A stretch of DNA of 64,000 nucleotides from Oligoflexales bacterium (GCA_045106415.1 JBGCEP010000026.1:76582-140581), one strand, 5' to 3'; shown: positions 33,675 to 44,225, counted from the stretch's first letter. Translations and numbers: made by a program. Notes: generated from the letters alone by a model not told the origin.

Positions 33675-35021
33675 TTGAAAAAAATTCTTATTGCTAACAG
33701 AGGTGAAGTCGCAGTACGGATCACGCGGGCTTGCCGTGAGCTGGGTTATGAAGTTGTCGCTGTTTACTCCGCAGCAGATAGAGATTCTTTACATGCTAAA
33801 TTAGCTGATCAAAGCTTATGTATTGGGCCAGGCCCGAGTGCTGAGAGTTATCTTGATATTGCTCGTGTTATGGCAGCTGTTGAATTGTCTGGGGCAGATG
33901 CGATTCATCCGGGATATGGATTTTTATCTGAGAATGCAGACTTTGCAGAGGTGTGTGAAACACATCAGTTGAATTTTATTGGTCCATCCTCTGAACATAT
34001 CCGACTTTTAGGGGATAAAATTTCAGCGAGAAGGCTAGCGCAAGAATTAGAGATTCCATTACTGCCTGGAAGTTTGGGTCCTGTAGAACATGGACAACTG
34101 CATGAAGAAGCTGAAAAAATTGGCTATCCACTGATTTTAAAAGCAGCTGCGGGTGGTGGTGGTCGAGGTATGAAGGTTGTCGCGAAGCAGGAAGATCTTG
34201 AACGTTCATATGAAACAGCCAGAGCTGAAGCGATGGTTGCGTTTGGATCGAATGAATGCTTTATGGAGCGCTACCTACCGGCTCCAAGACATATTGAAGT
34301 CCAAGTGATCGGTGATGGACAAGGTGGATGTGTTGTCTTAGGGGAAAGGGATTGCAGTCTACAGAGACGCCATCAAAAACTCATGGAAGAAGCTCCGAGT
34401 CCGGCCTTAAATGAAGAACAGCGAGAACGGGTTTATGAACTTGCGTGTCGTTTTATAAAGAAAACTCATTATCGTTCTTTGGGGACTGTTGAATTTCTTT
34501 ATCAAGATGATCAATTTTATTTTATGGAAATTAACCCACGTTTGCAGGTAGAGCACCCTGTGACGGAAATGATTTATGGTATTGATCTGGTAAAATATCA
34601 ATTGCAGCTTGCAGCTGGTTTAGGTCTTGGAGATCTGGCAGAAGCTCAACCACGTGGTCATTCAATTGAGTGCCGTTTGAATGCAGAGGATCCTTTTCGG
34701 ATGTTGCCGTCACCTGGTCTTATTAAAGAGTGGTATGTTCCTGGGGGTCCTGGAGTACGGATGGATAGTATGGTCTACTCTGGTTATCGTGTCCCTTATC
34801 TTTACGATTCTTTGTTGGGTAAGCTTATTGTTTGGGGCAAAGATAGAGAAGAGGCTTGTCGCCGGATGGAAAGAGGCTTAAGTGAATTAAAAGTCGATGG
34901 AGTCCAAACGAACGCTGAGCTGCATAGAGAAATTATGGCTGAGCCCGTTTTTCAAAAAGGTGAAGTCACAACAAGATTTTTGGATGATTTTTTAGAGCGA
35001 CGGCTTAAAAAAACATCATAA
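33675..35021 (+). CDS. accC: Biotin carboxylase
   Basis: KKILIANRGE; HPGYGFLSEN; GGGGRGM; RLQVEHPVTE; TTG start after GGAG. Confidence 0.95.
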   Translation: MKKILIANRGEVAVRITRACRELGYEVVAVYSAADRDSLHAKLADQSLCIGPGPSAESYLDIARVMAAVELSGADAIHPGYGFLSENADFAEVCETHQLNFIGPSSEHIRLLGDKISARRLAQELEIPLLPGSLGPVEHGQLHEEAEKIGYPLILKAAAGGGGRGMKVVAKQEDLERSYETARAEAMVAFGSNECFMERYLPAPRHIEVQVIGDGQGGCVVLGERDCSLQRRHQKLMEEAPSPALNEEQRERVYELACRFIKKTHYRSLGTVEFLYQDDQFYFMEINPRLQVEHPVTEMIYGIDLVKYQLQLAAGLGLGDLAEAQPRGHSIECRLNAEDPFRMLPSPGLIKEWYVPGGPGVRMDSMVYSGYRVPYLYDSLLGKLIVWGKDREEACRRMERGLSELKVDGVQTNAELHREIMAEPVFQKGEVTTRFLDDFLERRLKKTS

Positions 35022-35047
35022 TTATGACTTTTTGATAGGGTTTTTAT

Positions 35048-36631
35048 ATGGAGCTTGCAGGCTTAAAAAATATCTTAGACCTTATTCACAAAAACCCTGC
35101 TCAGACTATGTTACGGGAACGTTTTCTAGTTTTGCTTTTTGAATTAGAGGATGAAGAGAAATTAGTATGGATAAAAGCTCTTGCTGAGACATTACGACCT
35201 GTCGATCCTAAAGAATCTTTAAAACTTGCTTATATGATTTATCAGCATAGTCCAGATCGTCTTCAACTAGATTTTCTTGCTGATTGCTTAGAAACTTTAG
35301 GGCGTAAAGAGGTTGCTCATGAGGTCCGTTCTCATATCAAGCATGTTGATGTGCAGCTTAGTGAGGGTGAAGATACAGTTGCTCATCAGGATGTAGCACA
35401 ACTTTATTTTGAACCTCAGAAAGAGCAAGAAGCGTTTAAAATTGAACAGTCAGAGAAACGGCAAAAAACTGAACAGTTGCAAAAATCACAAGAATCTTTT
35501 TTGGAAGAAGAGGTTCTTCCTAAGTCGAAATTTATTCTTGAATCCTTTTCTAGTGCTCGTTCGTTTTCTGAAGGTCAAAATGATAAAACGGAATTGTTAA
35601 AAGGATCTGATGCTGAAAACGAAATTAGTGATGAAAACCATGATCCTTTAGGGCTTTTGCAGGATGTGAAAGATTTTGAGCCTCCAAAAAATTCTCTTTC
35701 AGAAGAATTAGCAGAAATGCAATTATCTCCTATGTCGGTGGAGCATGCATTTGAAAAATCAATTTATGACGGTATCGAGCACATAGCGAAAGCTGAAGTT
35801 GATGTAGGACAAAAGCAAAGACAAGAACATGCGGATGGAAATGTTTTGGTGAGTGAGGGAGTGTTTGCTAATGGAGGTTCTTTTCATGAAGAACTTGCGA
35901 CGCAAGCACTTTCTGAAGACAGTCATGCACCAGAAAAAGATTTTGCTGAGGAGCTTGTTTTATCTAGTGACAGAGTTGAGGATAGCTTTGTGAGTGAGGT
36001 TCCTGCGTCTGATGTCGTGATGACCTCTTCTAGCTTTGTTGATGAAGATTTTAGTCAGGATCAACTGTCCCTTGAGAAAGTTCAAATAGATATTTTCGAT
36101 CCCTTTGTTGTTAAATTTCATGACACTTTAGAGTTTCAAGGTGCTATGCAGAGTCTTCTTGTTGGTTATGATACTCGTCTTTTTGAAAAAAACAGAAACG
36201 GGCTGTCTGAGTCTTCTGCAGACGAGTGGTCAGATGTTTTTTATCAAGACCTTTTGGAGTATGTTCAACAAGATGATGAAAGCGTTGATTGTTTGGTTTT
36301 CGCATTGTTTGATCACCATCGTTCTTTGTCCCTAGCAAAACTTCTTGATGAAAGTGGTTTATGGGGAGTGGATGCATCTTATTTTGGTTTATACCTTGAT
36401 AGTTTACTGGCAGCAGGAGCGGCAAGGCGCGCTTTAGTGATGATTCAGTACAAAACAAATGCAGAAAGTTCTGATGAGTGGATCGTCGTTTGCCAGAGGC
36501 GTCTACCGGAGGTTTGGGATCAGCTCGGTGTGCGTGGCCCATCAGACCTTGATAAACTCCCTCGGGAAAAATTCATTGAAATTGTGCAACAAAGGCAAAG
36601 GCCAACTTGGAAAGGCGTGCTCTCCTTTTAA
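35048..36631 (+). CDS. Hypothetical protein: TPR-like N-terminus, long acidic linker, helical C-terminus
   Basis: 527-aa ORF; LAYMIYQHSP...LADCLETLGR resembles a TPR; Glu/Asp/Ser-rich middle. Confidence 0.6.
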   Translation: MELAGLKNILDLIHKNPAQTMLRERFLVLLFELEDEEKLVWIKALAETLRPVDPKESLKLAYMIYQHSPDRLQLDFLADCLETLGRKEVAHEVRSHIKHVDVQLSEGEDTVAHQDVAQLYFEPQKEQEAFKIEQSEKRQKTEQLQKSQESFLEEEVLPKSKFILESFSSARSFSEGQNDKTELLKGSDAENEISDENHDPLGLLQDVKDFEPPKNSLSEELAEMQLSPMSVEHAFEKSIYDGIEHIAKAEVDVGQKQRQEHADGNVLVSEGVFANGGSFHEELATQALSEDSHAPEKDFAEELVLSSDRVEDSFVSEVPASDVVMTSSSFVDEDFSQDQLSLEKVQIDIFDPFVVKFHDTLEFQGAMQSLLVGYDTRLFEKNRNGLSESSADEWSDVFYQDLLEYVQQDDESVDCLVFALFDHHRSLSLAKLLDESGLWGVDASYFGLYLDSLLAAGAARRALVMIQYKTNAESSDEWIVVCQRRLPEVWDQLGVRGPSDLDKLPREKFIEIVQQRQRPTWKGVLSF

Positions 36632-36806
36632 ATATTAAACTCACATGAGGTTGAAATGACCTCCTTTGTGACGAGTCACTAAATGATTTTTTTGAAATGG
36701 TTTAATAATTGTTGTGATCTTGGTAGGATGGCCTGTAAGGTGTGGAACTCTCTTTAAGAAGAGTGAGTGACTCGATCCCTTATGACTTTGATTATCTGGA
36801 GGAAAC

Positions 36807-38471
36807 ATGACAGCTCAACGGCCATGGCACGCAAGTTATGAGGCAGGTGTGCCTAAAGAAGTAGATTTGACTCGTTATGAATCTATGATTGAGCTTTTAG
36901 ATCATGGGTTTCAAGAATACCCTAATCGTCCTTGTTTTTCCTGTATGGGAAAAGAGTATACGTATGCAGAGATTGATCATATGTCTCAGCGTATGGCTGC
37001 TTTTTTAACAGGCCGCCTTGGTATGAATAAAGGTGATCGAATCGCGATTATGCTTCCAAATATACATCAGTACCCTATTGCTTTTTACGGTGCTATTCGA
37101 GCAGGCCTTATTGTTGTCAACGTGAACCCACTCTATACAGCTCGAGAGTTAGAGCATCAACTCAAGGACTCTGGAGCCATTACGATTGTGATCCTTGATA
37201 ATTTTGCCCATGTTCTTGAAAAAATTTCGAAAAAAGTGAACTTACAGCACACAATAGTGACTCGTATGGGTGACATGTTGGGCTTTCCGAAGGGTGCTAT
37301 TGTCAATGGCGTTGTCAAGTACGTTAAAAAATTAGTCCCAGCCTGGGATCTTCCTGATCATTGGACTTTTTTGGGTGCTCTTCATGAAGGAGAGGCGCAT
37401 AGTTTTCAGTCACCAAAAGTCACTCGTGATACGACTGCTTTTTTACAGTATACAGGTGGTACAACAGGTGTTTCAAAAGGGGCTGAGCTTACACATGGAA
37501 ATTTATTAGCAAATGTTGAGCAAGCATTAGCGTGGATTCGTCCACATGTTCGTGTGGGGCAAGAAGTGATTCTGACCCCATTGCCGCTGTATCATATTTT
37601 TTCGATGACAGCGAACTGCCTAACTTTTTTTAGAATCGGTGGTTTAAATGTTCTAATTCCAAATCCAAGAGATATTAAAGGGTTTGTGAAACTGTGGAAA
37701 AAGACCAAGGTGACAGCGATGACAGGTGTGAACACCTTGTTTAATGGTCTTTTGAATGATCCACAATTTGCGAGTTGTGATTTTTCGACTTTGCAGCTGA
37801 CTCTTGGTGGTGGGATGGCTGTACAGAAACCTGTGGCAGAGCGTTGGCAACAAGTGACAGGTTGTGCGCTTTCTCAAGCTTATGGACTCACGGAAACGTC
37901 TCCAGCTGTAACAATTAACCCTCTTTCGTTAAAAGAGTTTAATGGAAGTATTGGGTTACCAGTGTCGTCGACAGAAGTGTCTATTCGTGGTGAGGATTTT
38001 GAAGAACTTCCTTTGGGTGAAGCTGGAGAGCTCTGCGTTAAAGGGCCGCAGGTGATGAAGGGTTATTGGAATCGGCCAGATGAAACAGAAAATTGTATGC
38101 AAGATGGTTGGCTCAAAACCGGTGATATCGCGACGATGAATGCTGAAGGTTTTGTCACTATCGTGGATCGTAAGAAAGATATGATTCTGGTGTCAGGCTT
38201 CAATGTTTTTCCAAACGAAGTGGAAGAAGTGATTGTTGAAATGGACTCTGTGTTAGAAGTTGCAGTGGTTGGTGTCACTCATGAAAAATCAGGAGAGGCT
38301 GTTAAAGCTTTTGTGGTGAAAAAAGAACCAAATTTAACAGTTGAGCAAGTTGTGGAACATTGCCGAAGTCGTTTGACTGGTTATAAAGTGCCAAGATTTG
38401 TTGAGTTCCGTGATGATTTACCAAAAACAAATGTGGGAAAAGTGCTTCGTCGCGCCTTGAAAGATTCCTAA
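36807..38471 (+). CDS. fadD: Long-chain fatty acid-CoA ligase
   Basis: LQYTGGTTGVSKGA; YGLTETSP; DRKKDMILVSGFNV; LPKTNVGK. Confidence 0.95.
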   Translation: MTAQRPWHASYEAGVPKEVDLTRYESMIELLDHGFQEYPNRPCFSCMGKEYTYAEIDHMSQRMAAFLTGRLGMNKGDRIAIMLPNIHQYPIAFYGAIRAGLIVVNVNPLYTARELEHQLKDSGAITIVILDNFAHVLEKISKKVNLQHTIVTRMGDMLGFPKGAIVNGVVKYVKKLVPAWDLPDHWTFLGALHEGEAHSFQSPKVTRDTTAFLQYTGGTTGVSKGAELTHGNLLANVEQALAWIRPHVRVGQEVILTPLPLYHIFSMTANCLTFFRIGGLNVLIPNPRDIKGFVKLWKKTKVTAMTGVNTLFNGLLNDPQFASCDFSTLQLTLGGGMAVQKPVAERWQQVTGCALSQAYGLTETSPAVTINPLSLKEFNGSIGLPVSSTEVSIRGEDFEELPLGEAGELCVKGPQVMKGYWNRPDETENCMQDGWLKTGDIATMNAEGFVTIVDRKKDMILVSGFNVFPNEVEEVIVEMDSVLEVAVVGVTHEKSGEAVKAFVVKKEPNLTVEQVVEHCRSRLTGYKVPRFVEFRDDLPKTNVGKVLRRALKDS

Positions 38472-38487
38472 AAACAGTTTTTCGATT

Positions 38488-38518
38488 AAAAAACTCGCAG
38501 CAGTGTTGCGAGTTTTTT
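38488..38518 (+). terminator. Intrinsic terminator after fadD
   Basis: aaaaaactcgcagc-agt-gttgcgagtttttt. Confidence 0.85.
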
Positions 38519-38544
38519 GTGTAGATTAGTGCGCTTTTATATTA

Positions 38545-38649
38545 AAGTGTGTTGACCTTTCATAAAGGCAGCCATGAAGTACAGGTATGCCGTGGCTAGC
38601 ATTCCCTCGAAATTCTGCTGTGCTTTATTTAAACATCGTCAACAGACCC
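38545..38649. mobile_element. 105-bp MITE derived from an IS5-family element
   Basis: TA|aagtgtgttgac ... gtcaacagaccc|TA; the interior matches the transposase 3' end at 60428-60500. Confidence 0.7.
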
Positions 38650-38711
38650 TATAGGTTTAATGAGTGTAGAACTTTTGGTGTACGTTTTCGTTCCATTGAA
38701 TTTCAAACCGG

Positions 38712-38960
38712 CATTGATCAGTCCAATGTTTCAGCATTGCCTGTTGCTTTGAAATTTCAGGCAATTGTTAACAGCATTGCTCTTGGTATTGTTTTGAAGC
38801 TATTAGGTGTGAATGCGAAAATTAGCATTGGGATTTCGGTTTTCATGATGACTTTTGATCTTAGAATGTTCCATCCACTAGGATTTTGATTGCTTTAAAG
38901 TAAGAAAATATGTTTAGTTTTCGCAAAAATTTCTGCAAATGTCTCAGTTGTTACGGGTGG
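38712..38960 (-). mobile_element. Probable terminal remnant of an IS701-like element
   Basis: cattgatcagtccaa is identical to the 15-mer at 60633-60647 that precedes the IS701-like transposase; inner boundary uncertain. Confidence 0.45.
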
Positions 38961-39299
38961 CATGATTGTTGTCTCTTTAACGAATTGAATAGTTGCTAAG
39001 TTTCTTATTTTGCTTCAATGGCCACGAATTCTAGTATCACCATTTCTGCTTATTAATGAATAAATATGATCTTTTTTTAGTGAAACTTGTTGTGGTCTGA
39101 TAAAAATTTCCAGTGTTTTCTTTTTTATCAAGTTCAAACGTCATTGATTTTTTTCGTCTCTTTCCTGAAAATATCAGGTTTAGCTGACTGTGATGGAGAT
39201 TTAATTGAAACCAAGGGCGGATATCGCTCTTGGTCGCACTTTTCACGTGATTTTTAGTTAAATTAAGATTTAGTGACTCTCACAGCGCTCTTTCGCGAT

Positions 39300-39510
39300 C
39301 AACGATTGAAATGATGATATACAGTTTTCCATGGTGGGAAATCAGTTGGTGAATTTCTCTATTTCGTGCCATTTTTTACGATCTAAAATATGGCATTAAG
39401 AATAAAACCTGTGGGATGTTTTCTACCAAAATTTGAATACCCAAAATCGTCAAATATTTGAGTGATCACTTCCTATTGATGATCAGTCATACATGTTGGA
39501 GACAGCATAT
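39300..39510 (-). pseudogene. IS5-family transposase N-terminal fragment (DUF4096-like)
   Basis: MTDHQ*EVI...ILNAIF*IVKNGTK*RNSPTDFPPWKTVYHHFNR with in-frame stops. Confidence 0.75.
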
Positions 39511-39816
39511 TTATCTCATGTGAAACATGAGGATTGTTTTAACTATATTCTTTTGATTACAAGGTGTTGACGCGTTGGTGGACCTTTTGATGTAAAAGGT
39601 TTTTGATTGAAGTATGTCATCTTTTAACCACTCAATTGCTGGGATATGCAGCAGTGGCGGTAAGACCAGGTGTCAAAAAATCCTCCACAACGACTCATCC
39701 AAGACGCTTATTATCTCGCCTGTTTTGTTCAAGTTCGGTTGGTGCGAGTCACAGTGCGTAATATTTTTGACAGTGATGATGAATGTCATGTATGTTTTTA
39801 AAACATTTCTTCGGCG

Positions 39817-40530
39817 GTGTTTTTAATGATAAGGCGATTATTCACAATCTTTGTCATGTTTTTGAGTCAGATATCTTTATCTGTTTCTTTTGATCGTGTG
39901 GTTGATAAAGAAGAGTATCTTTTTTTTAAAAATCTTCATCACCATGTTTACAGCTGGAAAACATTAATCGATCAAAAAAATTATGAAGATATTCTATTTT
40001 TGGGAGATAAGCCTGAATATGGAAGTCATTCAATAGGGAAAATTCTCCGAGATTCCAGGCTGAATTTTGAGGCGCATTTTTGGTCGAGTGATCTTTTGTA
40101 TCGTGATCGTGATTTTGCTGCTTTTCCTTTTTTTCACCAAAGAAAGATCAATCATCAAGAACGTTTTTCTTTTGAGGATAAAAGTTTTGATGTTGTGATG
40201 GGACGTCGAATTCTTTGTCATTGTGAGTCGCGTATGGCTATGAGCACTTGTGGTGGAATTGATGTTGAAAATGCTGAAATGCTATCTCGGTTTTTATCGG
40301 AGACAGTCCGTGTTTTAAATCATAAGCGTGATTCGTTTGTGTTTTTACATGGCTTAGAGCCTAAGGATTCTCGTCGAAAAGACGTGATTTCGGAGTGTTA
40401 TCAACAGGCTTTTGAGCAGATCAAGCAAGATCAAGAAGATCTTTTTATTTTTATGTTGCGCTCACCTTTTAAAAAACACCGTCGTTTTGGGTTGTATATA
40501 GGGCGTTCAGATTTCAGAGAATGGAATTAA
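39817..40530 (+). CDS. Secreted protein with class I SAM-methyltransferase-like segment
   Basis: Signal-like N-terminus; FEDKSFDVV..ILCHC..ETVRVLN. Confidence 0.5.
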   Translation: MFLMIRRLFTIFVMFLSQISLSVSFDRVVDKEEYLFFKNLHHHVYSWKTLIDQKNYEDILFLGDKPEYGSHSIGKILRDSRLNFEAHFWSSDLLYRDRDFAAFPFFHQRKINHQERFSFEDKSFDVVMGRRILCHCESRMAMSTCGGIDVENAEMLSRFLSETVRVLNHKRDSFVFLHGLEPKDSRRKDVISECYQQAFEQIKQDQEDLFIFMLRSPFKKHRRFGLYIGRSDFREWN

Positions 40531-41878
40531 GATGAAGCGTGCGATACTCAATCCGAAGGTTGTCACCCGGAGTCATGTTGCTAGAGTGGAGTCGTAACGC
40601 ATTCAATTGTGGTAGGTAATCCCAAAGAATTTGTTGGTCGTTATGAAACACCTTTAATGTCGATAAAATTGGTGTTTCTTCCAAGATAATTTGGTCACTT
40701 TGAGTTTGAACATCATTAGCTAAGTTATTAAGAAGTGTATCCCAATTGGCTTCACAAATACTGTGCACAACCCCTCCGGTGAGGTGTGCGGCCTTTATGA
40801 TTGCAGTTCCTTCTTCTTTTGGCTGTGAATGAGGTGATGAACAAAGCTCCCCATCTGAGTTCCGAGTGCCTGTGATTGCAGATAGGCTGAACTGACCAAC
40901 CCCGAATTTATCGGTCAGAGTACTTGTAAGTTGTGATGGAGGAAAATAAAAAGAAGTTTTTCCGGCTTCTGTATAATTTATTCCACTATAAGCATCTACT
41001 TGACGCAGTCCAATACCATCATCTTCTTCATCACTAATAATGATGATAGACAAAAAAGATTCTGTGGCGGGATAGTGAGGGTTTTCACCTGTTTCACTTT
41101 TATGCAACGCTAAATCAACAGCCTTTAAACCATGCTCAAATCCTGACCCCGATGTCCCTACAAGAGCTTGATCTTGGAAAAGCGAAGGAAGCTGAGAGTC
41201 GTCACTGTTGAGGATGGGGCCGACAAAACGGCCTTGATATTGTGTGGACTGATTTCCTCCGTAAGAAATAGGGCAAGCTCTTTGAGTTAGGTTATTAGGT
41301 ATGGTGTTTGTGCAAATGTCAGTTGTTGTTACTGCCATACGAAAATTTCGTCCTGAATTCTTTAGATTTTGTGAGAAGTGAATGAATTGATTTGAAAGAA
41401 ACTGTTGTTCTTCTGCCATAGAGCCAGAGCTGTCAATAACCCATAAGAGATCGATGTTTTTAGGAGTGGGGATCGTATGGGTTTCTATCATATCTTTTAG
41501 ATGAAATTGCCCTTCGGGGGTTGATTCAGGAAGGTGTTCAAAACCTCTTTCGACCCAACTTTCTGATGGTAATGGCAAAAAAGGAGATGCCAGGCATTGT
41601 TTTGTTGTTGTTTTTATAAACACCTGGTTGAGGTGATTTTTATGAGAGATTGTGACCCAGCTATGAGGGTTTTGGTAAGAAATTTGTGAGAGGGGAGAAG
41701 ATAGGCAAGCTTCGTCAGAGTGGGCTGATAGTTGTGTTGAGTGTTGGAATCCTTCAAGTCGTATCAACAGAATGTGAGAAAATGAATTGCTCTCAATGAA
41801 GATTTTTTGTGCATGCAAATACTGCGCGCAAACGCAGATGATGCCCAAGAGTAGGCGCCGCTTCATAGATTCCTCCAA
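40514..41878 (-). CDS. Secreted von Willebrand factor A domain protein
   Basis: DLLWVIDSSGSMAEEQ (MIDAS DxSxS); MAVTTTD; IIISDEED. Confidence 0.85.
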   Translation of the reverse strand: MEESMKRRLLLGIICVCAQYLHAQKIFIESNSFSHILLIRLEGFQHSTQLSAHSDEACLSSPLSQISYQNPHSWVTISHKNHLNQVFIKTTTKQCLASPFLPLPSESWVERGFEHLPESTPEGQFHLKDMIETHTIPTPKNIDLLWVIDSSGSMAEEQQFLSNQFIHFSQNLKNSGRNFRMAVTTTDICTNTIPNNLTQRACPISYGGNQSTQYQGRFVGPILNSDDSQLPSLFQDQALVGTSGSGFEHGLKAVDLALHKSETGENPHYPATESFLSIIIISDEEDDGIGLRQVDAYSGINYTEAGKTSFYFPPSQLTSTLTDKFGVGQFSLSAITGTRNSDGELCSSPHSQPKEEGTAIIKAAHLTGGVVHSICEANWDTLLNNLANDVQTQSDQIILEETPILSTLKVFHNDQQILWDYLPQLNALRLHSSNMTPGDNLRIEYRTLHLNSIL

Positions 41879-41905
41879 AAAGACTCTTCCTTGAGTCTAA
41901 AAGGC

Positions 41906-41932
41906 TTTACGGCGATGGCCTTGGTATGTTGA
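41906..41932 (-). promoter_or_regulatory. sigma28-like promoter for the vWA gene
   Basis: TCAACATA-N11-GCCGTAAA on the minus strand. Confidence 0.4.
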
Positions 41933-41967
41933 ATAAAAAATTGCTAAGTTTTTTTTATAAACAGGTT

Positions 41968-43197
41968 TCAAGGGTTACGTGGGAAGAGTTGAATCATTTC
42001 ATCATGGCATTGTTTATTGCCTGCCGTTTCTTCAGAGTTTTTTGTTATCTCATCTTCTAGCGGTAGTTCGATGGCATGAGGGTTAATAAGGCCATCTTTT
42101 TGCAGACCTCCAAAGGTGATTGAGCCATTTTCTTCAAAGGTGATGGTGTGTTGTGGTAAAACTAAAACGGCGGAGTATCTCTGAAGAATCGGTATTTCGG
42201 AGTTTTCTTCACTTTTAAAGACAGGAAACACACGTTGTTCTGGTCCTATCTTTAAGAGAGTTTCACTAAAAGATTTCCAGTGAATTTTACGAACTTTTGA
42301 TGAGTAGATTTGTAATGTTCTGTTTTTTTCTGTATCGAGAGCAAAAAAATGAACTTGATCATGATTCCATTTGAGTAGAGTGCAATCACTACTTTGAGGC
42401 CAGTCAAAGAATTTGTTGAATTTGTTTGCTTCAGAGCCACAGACTTTAGATTGTCCTTCAGTTAAAAATCTAAAGAAACCACTGAAATTTCTACGTATAA
42501 TGGCATCTGAAATATTTTGTGGTGTGAGACCTTTTTGTTTAGCCTGAGAGTTGATGCCAAGGGCAGCACGCGGAAGGGAAGGGTGCATTAGGTCGAGTCG
42601 GTCTATTGAGTTTGTCGTTTGAAAGTGCTGTAAACCATACATATGCCCCAGTTCATGCATGAAAACAACCCTTAAGGCTGCGCTATTCCTGCGACTCCAA
42701 GGTTTTTTGACACTTTCTGTACTGTTGAGAGCAAGGGGGCCATCCTCTGGAGAAATATAGATAAAACCTTTTCCCAGGAGATCTCTATTGTTGTAGTCGG
42801 TTCGGATCGTTGTTGCTATGACGTTCTGTGGTTGTGGGATGTGCTTTTTTTGACTCTCGTCTAAGACGCCAAGCTGAAGTTTAATATGGGTTTGGTTTGA
42901 ACAATGATACTGGAAGGGGAGATGAATTGCATGGACCTTGTGAAGATGGTCTGAGTCTTGATTGAGAAATTGATGGCTCCAATATTCTGCAGCTGCTTCG
43001 AATGCTAGTTCAGCTTGCTGTTGTGTTGTGCCAAAATGATCTTCATCTATATCAATGCAGTATGAAATAGGTTCTTGTGAGTTCAGGAACCAAGGATTGT
43101 CTCTATTATTTGCGAGGACACCACCACCACTATGCCACTCATTGTTGCTATCAGATATCGTAAGAAGAAATATTAAGATCATTTGAGAGATTGCCAT
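41968..43197 (-). CDS. Secreted zinc metalloprotease (metzincin/matrixin-like)
   Basis: HELGHMYGLQH (HExxHxxGxxH) and downstream Met-turn DLMHP. Confidence 0.8.
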   Translation of the reverse strand: MAISQMILIFLLTISDSNNEWHSGGGVLANNRDNPWFLNSQEPISYCIDIDEDHFGTTQQQAELAFEAAAEYWSHQFLNQDSDHLHKVHAIHLPFQYHCSNQTHIKLQLGVLDESQKKHIPQPQNVIATTIRTDYNNRDLLGKGFIYISPEDGPLALNSTESVKKPWSRRNSAALRVVFMHELGHMYGLQHFQTTNSIDRLDLMHPSLPRAALGINSQAKQKGLTPQNISDAIIRRNFSGFFRFLTEGQSKVCGSEANKFNKFFDWPQSSDCTLLKWNHDQVHFFALDTEKNRTLQIYSSKVRKIHWKSFSETLLKIGPEQRVFPVFKSEENSEIPILQRYSAVLVLPQHTITFEENGSITFGGLQKDGLINPHAIELPLEDEITKNSEETAGNKQCHDEMIQLFPRNP

Positions 43198-43360
43198 GAG
43201 TTTGCCTTGCGTGCTTGATGAATGTAATATTTTGACATTATGGTGAAATTAAGCGTTTTTATCAATCAAAAGTCGATTTTTTAAAGAAATATTTTTGCTT
43301 GTCGAAAGCGAAAAAGTTATCGTGTTATTTAACTAATGTTTAACTTGGAACGGATCTATT

Positions 43361-44200
43361 GTGGCTAATATTCTGGTTGTGAAATTGAAGGGTATTGAGA
43401 ATGATTATAGAGATGTGATTCGAGATACTTTGTCCGATCTTAAAGAAATGTATGGGAAAGAATATAATTTTCAGAAAATAGCTAATTTTTGTAAAATGCA
43501 GCCAGCTTATCTATCTTTTGTTTTTGCGAAACGTTCACATTTGAATGGAGATCAAATGTGGGGAGTGTGTGAATTTTTAAAGTTGTCTGCTGCAGAACGG
43601 TTCTTTTTATCTTTTTTGGCTGAATATCAACAATCTAATTTTGAAGAGCGTCAAAAAGAGCTTGCAGAAAAAGTTCTTGGGTATGAACGTGAAATGAAAA
43701 AGATAAAGCAGATTATTAAGGAAAAACAAAGGGATAATGTTGAAGAGTGGTATCATTTAGATCCACTTGCACAGTTTGTGAAACAGTATGTCACTCTTTG
43801 CCCTGAAGTCGCTCAACGACTGGATCAGAGTGCTGCGAAGATTGGTTTATCATCTGTATCGTTGAGACAAAAATTAGGAATGCTTGAGAAGGGTGGATTA
43901 ATTGAAAGAGAAGGTGAATTGTATAAGACAAAAACCGTCAATGCTCATGTTGACGCTGATGACTCTATCTTTTCAGGTTTTTTTAAAAATCGCTTGAGCT
44001 TTGGTGTTGAGCAAAGTGAACGAGTTGGTGAACGCGAACAAGTCCGATTTTCAGTGATGTTCACTGCAGATAGTAATTTCCAAGCTCTTTTGGAAGAAAA
44101 GCTGCGTCAAGTGATTTCTTGGGCCTCGACCGAGGTGAATAATTATAATGAAGAACAGGTATATGTTTTGAATATCCACCATAGTCAATTATCAAAGTAA
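43361..44200 (+). CDS. TIGR02147/DUF4423-like HTH protein
   Basis: DYRDVI; IANFCKMQPAYLSFVF HTH; LKLSAAERFF; C-terminal EQVYVLNI. Confidence 0.7.
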   Translation: MANILVVKLKGIENDYRDVIRDTLSDLKEMYGKEYNFQKIANFCKMQPAYLSFVFAKRSHLNGDQMWGVCEFLKLSAAERFFLSFLAEYQQSNFEERQKELAEKVLGYEREMKKIKQIIKEKQRDNVEEWYHLDPLAQFVKQYVTLCPEVAQRLDQSAAKIGLSSVSLRQKLGMLEKGGLIEREGELYKTKTVNAHVDADDSIFSGFFKNRLSFGVEQSERVGEREQVRFSVMFTADSNFQALLEEKLRQVISWASTEVNNYNEEQVYVLNIHHSQLSK

Positions 44201-44225
44201 GAAATGTTGTGATTGGCTTTGTTGT

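Noticed and set aside
38587..38889. 100-aa ORF
   Set aside because: It reads across the MITE and an IS end; likely spurious
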